64,000 nt of DNA from Candidatus Parcubacteria bacterium (GCA_046050355.1 JBJOPW010000001.1:3858-67857); one strand, 5' to 3'; counted from the first letter of the stretch, positions 38,266-48,325 are shown. The notes: generated from the sequence alone by a model not told the origin. Numbers and translations are program-made.

Positions 38266-38661
38266 TTACCAATTAAGGTACGTAATAGTGAATTGGAGGA
38301 CAGTAGCAAAAGAGACCCAGAGCAGGTATGGGATATTTACATACGTGACCCAGGGGAAGTACGGGTGGATGAAGTAAAGGGCGGCAACGAGGGTTGCGAG
38401 CACTAGAGTGATATCAATAGCGGCGAGGAGATTACTCTGTAATCCGAACTGGAGGGGTGTGAAGAGGGCGTTCGCGATAAGGTTGAGGAGAAAGATACCA
38501 GCAATGAAGTAGGGCACTTCACCGGTGTAGGCTTTATAAAACACATAGGAGAAGCTCACTGCAATGATGACATACAGCACACTCCACACCGGGCCAAAGA
38601 GCCATGCTGGTGGTGCCCACGTTGGTTTGATTAGGGTCGCGTACCACGAGTAGGATTCCAT
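38266..38661 (-). CDS. tspO: TspO/MBR family tryptophan-rich sensory protein
   Basis: KPTWAPPAWLFGPVWSVLY plus 5 TM helices. Confidence 0.85.
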   Translation of the reverse strand: MESYSWYATLIKPTWAPPAWLFGPVWSVLYVIIAVSFSYVFYKAYTGEVPYFIAGIFLLNLIANALFTPLQFGLQSNLLAAIDITLVLATLVAALYFIHPYFPWVTYVNIPYLLWVSFATVLQFTITYLNW

Positions 38662-38693
38662 ACGTGTATTGTACCATGGTAGACAAACGAAAA

Positions 38694-38729
38694 GGCGGAG
38701 AGACGGAAGTCTAACTCCGCCTCTCCGCC
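38694..38729 (-). terminator. terminator after the lipoprotein gene (also immediately upstream of tspO)
   Basis: GGCGGAGAG...CTCTCCGCC stem followed on the minus strand by TTTTCGTTTG. Confidence 0.55.
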
Positions 38730-38744
38730 GTGGTTTTCAGCTGA

Positions 38745-39086
38745 TCAAGTACCAGTGTAGAATCTCGGCTTCACCGGGCTAAAGTCATTCCAGATCGTCA
38801 CGCCGTTGTGGATGTCACGTACAGGGCTGCCCTCGAGAGGTCCAATCCAGCACCCAGCTCCATCACCGTTGTCGATGTAGTTGTAGAGCATCCATTGCGT
38901 TTGGCAGATAACAAACTCGTACCCGGCATACCAACGCTCTGTCCGAGGCGGAGTGATGGTGATCTGGACACCAGCCGAGGCATTTCCGCTTTGATAAAGG
39001 ATTGTCTTTCCCGATGCAGTCTTCATCCCTCCCTCCACGCAAGCAGTGAGAGAAAAGAATATGAGAAGAGCGATAATAGCGCGCAT
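38745..39086 (-). CDS. hypothetical lipoprotein
   Basis: Signal peptide MRAIIALLIFFSLTAC with the lipobox LTAC. Confidence 0.6.
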   Translation of the reverse strand: MRAIIALLIFFSLTACVEGGMKTASGKTILYQSGNASAGVQITITPPRTERWYAGYEFVICQTQWMLYNYIDNGDGAGCWIGPLEGSPVRDIHNGVTIWNDFSPVKPRFYTGT

Positions 39087-39131
39087 AGCGTCCTCCTTGA
39101 TGTACGATTCCCAAGACTATATCACACAAAA

Positions 39132-39167
39132 CAAAGAAAATCAATGCTCCAGCATTGATTTTCTTTG
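39132..39167 (-). terminator. rho-independent terminator of the NAD(P)H oxidoreductase gene
   Basis: Perfect 16-bp stem CAAAGAAAATCAATGC-TCCA-GCATTGATTTTCTTTG followed by TTTTGTGTG on the minus strand. Confidence 0.7.
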
Positions 39168-39186
39168 TTTGCAGTTAATTTTCCTA

Positions 39187-39765
39187 TTAAATTGCTTTCT
39201 TCCCCATTGATTCGACTTCTCGGAGCCACTTTTCGCGGCATGGTTGCCCGACCTTTTCACACGGACCATAGGCAGTCACTGCGGTGCGGATACCAGCAAA
39301 TTCGAGGATTCCGTACTGGATTTCGTTCGTGAAATCACCAAAACGCCACCAGGTCTGAAATGGTGAGTGAGTACCCGAGAGCACAATCACTCGAGCGGTA
39401 CGCCCTTTGAGGTGTTTATCAATCCGCTTGGTTTCTTTGTTGAAGTTAAACGCAAAGCCAGGCAACCAAAAGCGGTCAAAGAGACCTTTGAGGATGGCTG
39501 GCATCGCACACCACCAGTTTGGGTAAACTATCATGATATGCTCAGCTTCACGAAAGCGATTCTGGAGCTCTATCAGATCAGGCTCAAGTTGTTGAATCTC
39601 CTTGTACCCCTTGTGGAGAATTGGATCAAAGTTGAGTTGGCCAATATTTACCCGAGTCACATCGTGACCAGCTTCGCGCGCAGCGGTTTCGTATCGTGTT
39701 GCTACTTCCCCACTAAATGACTCGTGGTCAGGGTGACCACAAAGAACTAAGATCTTTTTTGACAT
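39187..39765 (-). CDS. flavodoxin-like-fold NAD(P)H-dependent oxidoreductase (MdaB/KefF-like)
   Basis: MSKKILVLCGHPDHESFSG...; 192 aa of flavodoxin-like fold. Confidence 0.75.
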   Translation of the reverse strand: MSKKILVLCGHPDHESFSGEVATRYETAAREAGHDVTRVNIGQLNFDPILHKGYKEIQQLEPDLIELQNRFREAEHIMIVYPNWWCAMPAILKGLFDRFWLPGFAFNFNKETKRIDKHLKGRTARVIVLSGTHSPFQTWWRFGDFTNEIQYGILEFAGIRTAVTAYGPCEKVGQPCREKWLREVESMGKKAI

Positions 39766-39784
39766 AGATACCTAGAGTATACGG

Positions 39785-39816
39785 CAACACAGCGCATCTA
39801 AAGATGCGCTGTGTTG
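39785..39816. promoter_or_regulatory. perfect 14-bp inverted repeat CAACACAGCGCATC-TAAA-GATGCGCTGTGTTG, 20 nt upstream of the oxidoreductase start; candidate operator
   Basis: Read directly. No T-tract follows on either side, so it is less terminator-like. Confidence 0.35.
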
Positions 39817-39971
39817 ATAATCCGTCAATTAAATTTATTTCGAGATTGAGAATTAAACAAGCGGCCCGAGATTCTAGGCGTCGAGACAAAGTATCATGAG
39901 GCGTACATCGTTGTACGATGAGTGATGCTTTGTTGAAGACAACAACGAAGATTGGGCTGATTGTTTGATTC

Positions 39972-40286
39972 CTACCTCCTAATAGTGCCGTTCGGGTTAA
40001 ATTGTCCCTGACTCCCCATCTGCATCTTTGCGAGTTTCTCCTTCATTTCTGGACTCATAACCGCGAGAATCTCCTGCTGGTACTTGGGGAGTACCTTCAT
40101 GGCAGCGGCCATTTGGTTGTTACCGTTGGTTTTTAGTTCTGCCTGCATTTCTTTGGCAATTTTTTCAAAGAGCTCGGGCTTCTTTTCGAGCATCTCAATA
40201 ATCATTTGCTGTTGCTCGACTGGGACGTTTTTCATTTGCGATTGCACGAGCTTCTTAATCGCCATGTTCTTTAATTTTCCAAACAT
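39972..40286 (-). CDS. hypothetical K/E/Q-rich small protein
   Basis: 104-aa ORF, probably helical, with no motifs. Confidence 0.4.
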   Translation of the reverse strand: MFGKLKNMAIKKLVQSQMKNVPVEQQQMIIEMLEKKPELFEKIAKEMQAELKTNGNNQMAAAMKVLPKYQQEILAVMSPEMKEKLAKMQMGSQGQFNPNGTIRR

Positions 40287-40409
40287 ATGTGTCGCCTATG
40301 GTAGCACACCGGCACTGCCTCTGCCTATATTTGAAGGTCTCGCAGAGTATAGACAAGTGTGAAAAATAATGTTATTATAAGGATTATTTGAAAAAGTAAG
40401 CGCCTATGT

Positions 40410-42002
40410 ATGCAGTCTATGTTAGGAGTAATTTTATCTGTGTTTAAGGATTTGGTGGCCTTTAGTAAACAACCATTTGGTATGAAGTGGACGCGCAAGC
40501 GAGTGATTGCTACCCTTTTGGCTCTTTTAGCCGTCGCGTGGTTCGTTTCGCGTGGTCAAAATGACGAAGTGGTAGCGCCCGTTGAAACTACCCCCGAAGT
40601 AAGGGTGGCCCAGGTAGCAAATCTCTCTGGTGGAGCCGGCTTTGCTATCACCGGATCAGTCGAAGCGCTTGCTGAAGCCCAGCTTAAGGCCGAAGCTGGC
40701 GGTCGTGTGACTGCGGTTACCACTGAAATCGGTAAGTTCGTCTCAGCTGGTCAGGTGATTGCCACCCTTGAAAATGCAGGACAGCGAGCTGCCCTTCTCC
40801 AGGCTCAAGGTGCCTACGAAGCTGCGCTTGCTGCCAATCGTCAAGGTGCAGTGGGTATCGGTGAGGCCACTACTGCAGTTGAAACTGCGAAGCGTAATGC
40901 GGTCACCGGTAATGCTGGTGCCTACAATACGGTGAGTGGTGTCGTGAGAACCACGGTTGATGCTTATTTTTCAAATCCAACCTCAATCACTCCTGGACTA
41001 CGTATCGACGGTCAGGGTAATGCCACGAGTATTACTGCTGCCCGGGCTGCTATCGAAGCTTCTCTCACCAAGTGGAAAACTGAAAGTGCATCACTGACAC
41101 CAGTCGGTACTATCACGGACGCCATTGAAAATGGCCGCCGCTATACCAAAGAAGTGGTAGTGCTCGTCGATAGTCTTATATCAGCTATTGAACGTGATAC
41201 CGATAGTGGTTCGGCTGCGGCTACAGCCCGGGCTGCTGATATTGCACTTTTAACAACCGCCCGTAGTACACTACTTGGTGTAGAAAGTTCACTCCAAGGT
41301 TCACTCACAGCTATCAGAGCGGCAGAGGATGCGAAGAGTCGTGCTGAAATCACCGCTGGTCAAGGTGGTCCAACTGCCAACAGTGCCGCCCTGACTCAGG
41401 CCCTTGGTGCCGTCCGTGCTGCACAGGCTCAATACGAAAAGACCCTCGTGCGCACCCCAATTAGCGGTGTCGTAAATGCGCTATACCTTAAACGTGGTGA
41501 CTTCGTGGCACCCCAGGCTGATGCGGCAGTGATTGCCAACAATAATGGCAAGCAGGTGGTTGGTGCCATTACCGAAGCTGATAGTCAGACGATCAAAATC
41601 GGTGATACCGTCCGCTTCGATGATGTGGCGACCGGTACCGTGACCGCAATCGCAGGTGCGGTAGACCCAAAGACGGGTAAAGTTGCGATCAAGATGAGTG
41701 TTTCAAATCCAGAGCTGCTCACCACCGGTACTACTGTCTCAGTCTCATTTGCCGATACTGGTACGAATACCTCACCAGTAGAGACGCCAATTATTATTCC
41801 ACTCACGGCGGTGAAGCTCATGGCCGATAGTGCGGTGGTGTTCACCATTACGAGTGATGCAAAGCTCGAAGCTCGTACTATCACCCTCGGACGAGTGCTT
41901 GGCGACACAATCATCGTGACCGAAGGACTCTCGAAGTCAGACACTATTGTCGTGGATGTCCGTGGCCGCAAAGCGGGAGAAACCGTAACTGTTTCCTACT
42001 AA
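40410..42002 (+). CDS. efflux RND transporter periplasmic adaptor (membrane-fusion protein) with an extended coiled-coil
   Basis: N-terminal TM, a long Ala/Thr-rich helical hairpin, and C-terminal beta-barrel/MP domains. It directly precedes the RND pump with a 1-nt gap. The start may be the Met at 40482. Confidence 0.75.
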   Translation: MQSMLGVILSVFKDLVAFSKQPFGMKWTRKRVIATLLALLAVAWFVSRGQNDEVVAPVETTPEVRVAQVANLSGGAGFAITGSVEALAEAQLKAEAGGRVTAVTTEIGKFVSAGQVIATLENAGQRAALLQAQGAYEAALAANRQGAVGIGEATTAVETAKRNAVTGNAGAYNTVSGVVRTTVDAYFSNPTSITPGLRIDGQGNATSITAARAAIEASLTKWKTESASLTPVGTITDAIENGRRYTKEVVVLVDSLISAIERDTDSGSAAATARAADIALLTTARSTLLGVESSLQGSLTAIRAAEDAKSRAEITAGQGGPTANSAALTQALGAVRAAQAQYEKTLVRTPISGVVNALYLKRGDFVAPQADAAVIANNNGKQVVGAITEADSQTIKIGDTVRFDDVATGTVTAIAGAVDPKTGKVAIKMSVSNPELLTTGTTVSVSFADTGTNTSPVETPIIIPLTAVKLMADSAVVFTITSDAKLEARTITLGRVLGDTIIVTEGLSKSDTIVVDVRGRKAGETVTVSY

Positions 42003-42003
42003 T

Positions 42004-45000
42004 ATGCATAATCTATGGTTTTTCTTCTTACGTAAGCAAGAATTTAGTTGGCTTGTCATCCTGACCCTGATTGCGCTTGGGGTGTATGCACTTATTGCCA
42101 TCCCGAAGGAAGCCTCGCCTGAGGTAATTGTGCCGGTGGGTATTGTGACGACTGTCTACCCTGGTGCCTCTGCTCGTGATATCGAGGAACTTATCACCAA
42201 TCGCCTTGAAGACGCAATTGAGAATGTTGACGATATCAAAGAAATCACCTCAACGTCACGTGATGGTGTGTCTTCAATCACCGCTGAGTTTAATGCTTCA
42301 GCCAACATCGACGATTCAATCCAGGCACTGAAGGATGCCATTGATACCGCCAAGGCTGAACTCCCGCGCGATGCTGAAGACCCCATTGTGTCTGAGGTGA
42401 ACTTTGCCGATCAGCCGATTTTTGTTATCTCGATTTCTTCTGATGCTACTCCGGCCGATTTCACGACGCTCAGTGAGACTTTAACCGATGAGTTCAAAGA
42501 TGTGCTCGGTGTGAGTAAGGTTGATGTTCAGGGTGTTCGCCCTCGTCAGGTACAGGTCGTCATTCCACCTGAGCGTCTCACGGCTTTTGGTGTAACCTTA
42601 AACGATGTCACTGGAGCACTAGCTCAGAGTAACAATGGCTTCCCGGTTGGTGCTATCACTGCCGGTGGCGTTGAGTACAGTGTACGTCTGGAGGGTAAAC
42701 TTTTGACCCCGAAGGATGTCGAAAATGTCATTGTCACAACCAAAGCTGGTACACCGGTCTATCTCAGTGATGTCGCGACCGTGGTCGAGACTGTCGACGA
42801 AGCTTCGTCGCTCGCTCGCGTGTCGGTGGGTGGCCAACCGTCAGAACTGGCGATGACCATCTCGATTTACAAAAAGTCTGGGGTGAATGTCACGACGATG
42901 TCCGACGCCGTGAACGAAAAGCTCGCTGCTATGCGGGCAGAGGGAGGACTCCTCGCCAGCTCACAGGTACTCGTTATCTTTGACCAGGGAGAAGATACTA
43001 AAGAGCAGCTGAATGAACTCGTGAAGGCTGGTGCCGAGACGGTAGTCCTCGTGATGATTTCGCTCCTCCTCACTATCGGGTGGCGTGAATCAGTGGTGGC
43101 TGGTCTCTCGATCCCCCTCTCATTTGTGATTGCCTTTATTGGACTCTATGCTTCAGGGAACACGATTAACTTCCTTTCTCTCTTTGCGCTTATCCTCGCG
43201 GTCGGTATCCTCGTGGACTCCGGCATTGTGGTGACCGAAGCCATCCATACACGCCTCAAACGTACTGGCAACCCACTGAAGGCAGCTCAAGAAACTATTC
43301 GTGAGTACGCCTGGCCGCTGATTGCTGGTACGATGACAACAGTAGCGGTATTCGCTCCCCTCTTCTTCCTGTCCGGCATTGTTGGACAATTTATTGCCTC
43401 AATTCCGTTTACGATTATCTTCGTACTGATTGCGTCGATTATTGTAGCGCTTGGGATGGTGCCGCTCATCGCAATTCTCTTTACGAGTAGTAAAGCACCA
43501 AACCGCTTCGAAGTAATGCAAGAGCACTACACCGAACTCGCTCAGGCGTGGTACCGTGCGCACCTCGTAACCTTCCTCCAGAACTTCCGTGCCCAACGCT
43601 GGTTCTTGTGGTCACTCTTTGGCGGCTTCTTGCTAGCGCTTCTGTTGCCAATTTCGGGGCTTCTTAGTGTTATTTTCTTCCCGCCGGAAGACGTTGACTT
43701 TATTTATATCGACATTGAAGCCAAAGAAGGGACTCCGCTTGCTGTTACTAATGTTGCTGTTCGTCAGGTGGAAGAGCTGCTCTACGAAGTGCCAGAAATT
43801 GAATCTTTCTCATCAGCTGCCGGTGGTGGTTCGGCCTTTACTGGATCTGGTGCCGCTGATGCCCGCTACGGTAACGTCACTGTCGCCCTCAACAAAGAGC
43901 GCGAGCGCTCGAGTGCCGAAATCTCGACTGATCTCCGCGCCAAACTCGCTACTATCAAGGACGTAACGGTGGCAATTACCGAACAGCAAAATGGCCCACC
44001 AACTGGGGCACCCATCTCATTTACTTTTACTGGAGATGATATGAATGCGCTTGCTAAAGCGGCTGAAGATACGAGTCTTCTTCTCGAAAATGAGAAGGGC
44101 GTCCGAGATGTCACCAGTAGTGCGGACTCTAGTTCGGCTGAGTTTGTCCTTCGGATTGATAATGCCAAGGCCAGCCTCCTTGGTGTCAATTCAGCGAGTG
44201 TTGGTCCAGTCCTCCGGGCGGCGGTGTATGGACTCACGGCGACTACCCTCCGCCGTGATGGTGACGATATCGATGTGGTGGTACGTCTTGGTAACCCAGA
44301 TGAGATTCTCAGTTGGTCGACGACACCAGAGATTACCCTTGATACCCTCCGCAATATCCAAGTACAGACTATGACGGGTGAGACAGTCCTCCTTGGGTCT
44401 CTCCTCACGGACGACTATACGCCAGCGAACTCCGCAATTAATCACAAGGCCAAGGAACGAATTGTGACCGTTGATGCCTTTACCGCAGGCGATGTCACCG
44501 CGACAGAAATTGTGGCCGCGATTACTCCACAGGTGCAAGCAATCGCCAAGAACAATGGTGTTACGCTTTCTCTCGGTGGTGAAGCCGAAGATATCAATCA
44601 GTCATTTACCGAGATGTTCCTGGCCTTGATTGCCGGACTTCTCCTCATGCTTGCGATCCTCGTACTTTCCTTCAACTCTGTCCGCTACTCGTTCTACCTC
44701 CTGCTCGCCGTACCATATTCACTCATTGGTGTGTTTGTCGGTCTAGCTGCCACTGGATTGGCACTGTCGTTCACCTCGCTCCTGGGGGTGATTGCGCTCG
44801 CTGGGGTGATTATCAACCATGCGATTATTCTCATGGACTCACTGATCACCGCGAAGGCGTCACACGGTACTACCGGATCACTCATTGATCAGGTAGCTGA
44901 TGCGTCAGTATCACGACTTCGTCCAATCTTCCTTACGACCATTACTACGGTCGTGGGTATGATCCCACTCTCACGCATCTCAGACTTCTGGAGTCCACTG

Positions 45001-45171
45001 GCGTTTGCGATTATGTTTGGACTTTCCTTTGCGATGGTGTTAACGCTCGTTCTGATTCCAACCTTGTATTACCGTAACGAACTACGCTTACGTGAAGGTC
45101 GCCGAGGGATATTTTTCCGGTTTGGAGCGTGGCTATTCACCCAGGGTGTACGCTTCTATCGCTGGCTATAA
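42004..45171 (+). CDS. efflux RND transporter permease (AcrB/HAE1-like)
   Basis: 1055 aa with 12 TM in a 1+5 / 1+5 arrangement and two large periplasmic loops, typical of RND. Confidence 0.85.
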   Translation: MHNLWFFFLRKQEFSWLVILTLIALGVYALIAIPKEASPEVIVPVGIVTTVYPGASARDIEELITNRLEDAIENVDDIKEITSTSRDGVSSITAEFNASANIDDSIQALKDAIDTAKAELPRDAEDPIVSEVNFADQPIFVISISSDATPADFTTLSETLTDEFKDVLGVSKVDVQGVRPRQVQVVIPPERLTAFGVTLNDVTGALAQSNNGFPVGAITAGGVEYSVRLEGKLLTPKDVENVIVTTKAGTPVYLSDVATVVETVDEASSLARVSVGGQPSELAMTISIYKKSGVNVTTMSDAVNEKLAAMRAEGGLLASSQVLVIFDQGEDTKEQLNELVKAGAETVVLVMISLLLTIGWRESVVAGLSIPLSFVIAFIGLYASGNTINFLSLFALILAVGILVDSGIVVTEAIHTRLKRTGNPLKAAQETIREYAWPLIAGTMTTVAVFAPLFFLSGIVGQFIASIPFTIIFVLIASIIVALGMVPLIAILFTSSKAPNRFEVMQEHYTELAQAWYRAHLVTFLQNFRAQRWFLWSLFGGFLLALLLPISGLLSVIFFPPEDVDFIYIDIEAKEGTPLAVTNVAVRQVEELLYEVPEIESFSSAAGGGSAFTGSGAADARYGNVTVALNKERERSSAEISTDLRAKLATIKDVTVAITEQQNGPPTGAPISFTFTGDDMNALAKAAEDTSLLLENEKGVRDVTSSADSSSAEFVLRIDNAKASLLGVNSASVGPVLRAAVYGLTATTLRRDGDDIDVVVRLGNPDEILSWSTTPEITLDTLRNIQVQTMTGETVLLGSLLTDDYTPANSAINHKAKERIVTVDAFTAGDVTATEIVAAITPQVQAIAKNNGVTLSLGGEAEDINQSFTEMFLALIAGLLLMLAILVLSFNSVRYSFYLLLAVPYSLIGVFVGLAATGLALSFTSLLGVIALAGVIINHAIILMDSLITAKASHGTTGSLIDQVADASVSRLRPIFLTTITTVVGMIPLSRISDFWSPLAFAIMFGLSFAMVLTLVLIPTLYYRNELRLREGRRGIFFRFGAWLFTQGVRFYRWL

Positions 45172-45176
45172 ATAAC

Positions 45177-45228
45177 CTCCATAACAAAACCACCGCCACT
45201 GTAACGTGGCGGTGGTTTTGTTATGGAG
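45177..45228. terminator. bidirectional terminator: perfect 23-bp stem CTCCATAACAAAACCACCGCCAC-loop-GTGGCGGTGGTTTTGTTATGGAG
   Basis: Lies between the convergent RND pump gene and the membrane-protein gene. Confidence 0.65.
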
Positions 45229-45235
45229 TGAAGGC

Positions 45236-45799
45236 CTACGTATTGGCTACACTAGGAGCAGGCACCACCTCCTTTTTGCGGGCATTGAGTAGGGCCATAA
45301 TGCCGTTCACGAGACCAACAGCTAAGCACAAAATTGCCAGGTACCCAAGCACAAATTGTCCGTAAGTAAAGGTAGTAAGCTGTAGTGGTATGAGTGCAGC
45401 GATCGTCCCGAGAGTATACCAACTTCCCGCTTGAAGACCTGGACCAAAGGTACTTGGCATAATCCGGAGTGTCATCAAGATGGCATTGCTATACAAAACC
45501 AAAATAACTGTCCACTGCGCAAAAAGTATCGGATTTAGTGCGGCTGCACCGAGTTGATAAGTTTTGTAGGCGGTGAGCAAGGTGAGGGTAAAAAAGAGCA
45601 ACACCATAGCTACTCGCAGCACCACATATACGACTGACATCATCTTTCGTTCTGTAATATCGATTGATCCATCAGCGATAGCCACAAAAAAATTAGTAAT
45701 AGCTAACGTTGATGCCCCAACTCCAAGTGAAGTGGCAAAACTAAAAATAATCGCAACAAAAAGCATTATAAGTTCCATATAAGCGTATAGTAACACCAT
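45236..45799 (-). CDS. hypothetical polytopic membrane protein
   Basis: Hydrophobic throughout; alternative start MELIMLF at 45778. Confidence 0.5.
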   Translation of the reverse strand: MVLLYAYMELIMLFVAIIFSFATSLGVGASTLAITNFFVAIADGSIDITERKMMSVVYVVLRVAMVLLFFTLTLLTAYKTYQLGAAALNPILFAQWTVILVLYSNAILMTLRIMPSTFGPGLQAGSWYTLGTIAALIPLQLTTFTYGQFVLGYLAILCLAVGLVNGIMALLNARKKEVVPAPSVANT

Positions 45800-45870
45800 T
45801 GTTTGCTGAGTTTGACCGGGGATGTTAATTAACTATACATGCACCATGAGCATGGTACGATCGCCACCGT

Positions 45871-46638
45871 CTAGAATGCTTGTTCTGACCAATTGAGTGA
45901 ATGGACAGCCACACCTGTTTCAGTCATCGTTCCTTTAACTTCTGCGTAGGCAGCTTCTTTGAATGTTGTTTCGTCGCAGGTGGTAGTGACACCGGCGATC
46001 TGGCAGGTGCTTGAAGCTGTTACGAGCAGTGGTACAACGTGCCCACGGGTACCATTTTCAGTAAATACCAAATGCCATTTTGTATTATCAAACGGAGCCG
46101 GTACATTCTTCAACAGTTGTCCTTTGGTATCAAAACTAAACTCCCGTGCCTCGAGCACGTCACCCGTAGAGCAATTGATGGCAGTGATCACCCAGTCCTG
46201 TCCTACCACTTCCATAGTCACCACGGCATACCCACTTGGTGTACCAGTGGCAAATTTTGACATCACCATGAGCTCTACTTCAGTCGGGAGTTTGTGCACG
46301 TATTTCATTCTCAATTTATCGGGCGTTGCACTCTGACAAAGCAGTGGATCAGAGGCTCCTCCGGTGTTGAGGTCAGCAATAAGCTTGTCTTTTACGGTGC
46401 TGGTGAGTATCGTTTGGCTAAGGAGAATATTATCTGGTTTAACTTTACCATTGGTCTTGGTTTCTTCGAGCCAGGCGTTATAAAAGTCAAAAGCAACATC
46501 TAATGCATCGGGAAGTTCACGAACCTGATCGTTCTTAACGGTCAGTGATGTGCTGTACCACAAGAGTGAACAGAGCGCCAAAAGTCCCAAGACAAAGCCT
46601 GCATAAATAATATACTGCCGTTTGTTTACTGTTTGCAT
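45871..46638 (-). CDS. hypothetical N-terminally anchored secreted/membrane protein
   Basis: TM segment YIIYAGFVLGLLALCSLLWY, then a 220-aa domain with several Cys. Confidence 0.5.
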   Translation of the reverse strand: MQTVNKRQYIIYAGFVLGLLALCSLLWYSTSLTVKNDQVRELPDALDVAFDFYNAWLEETKTNGKVKPDNILLSQTILTSTVKDKLIADLNTGGASDPLLCQSATPDKLRMKYVHKLPTEVELMVMSKFATGTPSGYAVVTMEVVGQDWVITAINCSTGDVLEAREFSFDTKGQLLKNVPAPFDNTKWHLVFTENGTRGHVVPLLVTASSTCQIAGVTTTCDETTFKEAAYAEVKGTMTETGVAVHSLNWSEQAF

Positions 46639-46717
46639 AAGATTACTAGTATATCAGGTGATGACGAGGACGCTTGCATTTACTTACTAGTAGTTCTGTG
46701 GTCAGTGTGGCTACAAT

Positions 46718-47782
46718 TTGAAGGACCGCTTTGTCCATAGGCCAAGCATAAAAACCGGTACATGGTATACTCTAAAAATGTCACCGAAACAGAATTGGAG
46801 CACAAAGAACACTGAATTTCGAGGTAATGGAAAAAATATTCCGCTGCATAGGTACGTGCTTCTGGCTGTGCTTATGTCTACGTTCATGATTGTTTGGCAC
46901 TATGTTAAGTTAATTCACTCAACCGACCCAAATTCAGACAATGAATACTTTGCTGTGCCAAATACTGAACAACAAAGTCAGTTCGCATACTCAACAACAA
47001 GTAATTCAATCTATCGATCAAATGCACCTCAAAGTAACTTCCAAAAAGTTAGCGGTACGCTTATGTGCGGTAGTGAGGTTGTGTCTAATGACCCGTCATT
47101 AGAGCTGACAGATTGTTCATTCTTGAAAAATCGCGAAATTAGATTGTACTGCCCTGGTTCATATCGCGATGACAATCGGCTATATATTGCACCATCCGAG
47201 TCTTGTTTGGGCTGGTTTTCAATTGATGTTAACTCAATTAAAACTCTGTCATCATTGTACTTTGCTGATCGTGATAATGTATACACTGCAATAAATGGCA
47301 TTGACACTAATGTGATTAAAATTGTATCAACTGAACCTGAAACATTTAAAGTTTTAAGTGTTGGGTTTGCAAGTGCAAGCGACAAGTTGCTCTTTGCCTA
47401 TAATCTGATGGGACGAAGCAGCTCTCCTGTTATCCCTGATGCAGACCCAAGCACCTTTTCAATCATAAATAGTTACTACGCAAAGGATAGTAAACAGGTA
47501 TATTTTATCCGACCTCCGAAACATGAAGGATTTCCTGAAGTAACTGTTGCTAGTGCTATAGATGCTCAAACCGCGTCAATACTCTCTACTGAGTGGCCTG
47601 AATTAATAGCCGATGACACAAGTGTCTATCTCTACGGCCTCGCCGAGCAAGGTATTGATGCGCGTACATTTAGAATTTCATCAACTACAGGAGATGTTGC
47701 AATTGCAACAGATAACCTGCGAGAATACTTCATTAAACGAAGTGGTGACGACACAAGGCTCGTTCAAATCACTGTACGTTAA
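46718..47782 (+). CDS. DKNYY-repeat domain protein, N-terminally membrane anchored
   Basis: Repeated YFADRDNVYTAI / YAKDSKQVYFIR / VYLYGLAEQG motifs resemble DKNYY repeats. The gene is visibly AT-rich relative to the window. The start may be the Met at 46778. Confidence 0.5.
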   Translation: MKDRFVHRPSIKTGTWYTLKMSPKQNWSTKNTEFRGNGKNIPLHRYVLLAVLMSTFMIVWHYVKLIHSTDPNSDNEYFAVPNTEQQSQFAYSTTSNSIYRSNAPQSNFQKVSGTLMCGSEVVSNDPSLELTDCSFLKNREIRLYCPGSYRDDNRLYIAPSESCLGWFSIDVNSIKTLSSLYFADRDNVYTAINGIDTNVIKIVSTEPETFKVLSVGFASASDKLLFAYNLMGRSSSPVIPDADPSTFSIINSYYAKDSKQVYFIRPPKHEGFPEVTVASAIDAQTASILSTEWPELIADDTSVYLYGLAEQGIDARTFRISSTTGDVAIATDNLREYFIKRSGDDTRLVQITVR

Positions 47783-47989
47783 GGAAAAACACTAGCTACC
47801 TTTTCTTCGCAAATAGAAACAAGGAAATATATAATATTGATCTTCAACTACAAGGATCGTTTCTTATATAGCCAGTACAATGTGTAACGTAAACGAATCG
47901 GTTACCAGTCACTTAGTACATTTGTTCGCTTCGCTCCAAATATAATAAGTTAAGTGTTGATGACTCGTAAGAAGCAAGATTGATTGTTT

Positions 47990-48235
47990 CTCACTACTGG
48001 TCCTTACAGGACCAGTACACCTTGTGGTTATAATTATTTCGCTACGCTTATAATCTAACTCACAAGGTCTTCGATTCCCCCGTAACGGAATCGGTCACGC
48101 TCATGGGTTTTCATTCGCTTTGCTCATAAAACCTCATTCGCCCGACCCGGACTGTTCCGGCCCTAAAGGGGACCACGGAACAGTCTTTCGATTCCCCTAA
48201 GGTCTCACAATGACAACGACCGCAATGCATGCGCA
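47990..48235. repeat. hairpin-dense region beside tRNA-Ala(GGC) containing two inverted partial copies of the tRNA 3-prime end
   Basis: Stem-loops CTGGTCC-TTACA-GGACCAG, GGACTGTTCCG...CGGAACAGTC and GACCGCAATGC-ATGC-GCATTGCGGTC. The + strand carries TTCGATTCCCCC at about 48069 and TTCGATTCCCCTAAGGTC at about 48189, the reverse complement of the tRNA gene strand. Confidence 0.7.
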
Positions 48236-48252
48236 TTGCGGTCGGTCATATG

Positions 48253-48325
48253 TGGACCTTAGGGGAATCGAACCCCTCACCTCTTCCATGCCATGGAAGC
48301 GCTCTACCAAATGAGCTAAAGGCCC
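48253..48325 (-). tRNA. tRNA-Ala (anticodon GGC)
   Basis: Manual fold GGGCCTT / D-arm GCTC..GAGC / anticodon stem CTTCC-ATGGCAT-GGAAG / T-arm AGGGG-TTCGATT-CCCCT / AAGGTCC-A. G3:U70 Ala identity pair is present; no encoded CCA. Confidence 0.85.

Noticed and set aside
48120-48210. A second tRNA on the + strand near tRNA-Ala(GGC)
   Set aside because: TTCGATTCCCCTAAGGTC is present but the preceding nucleotides cannot form a T-stem, D-arm or acceptor stem. It is a partial inverted copy of the real tRNA 3-prime end, not a gene.
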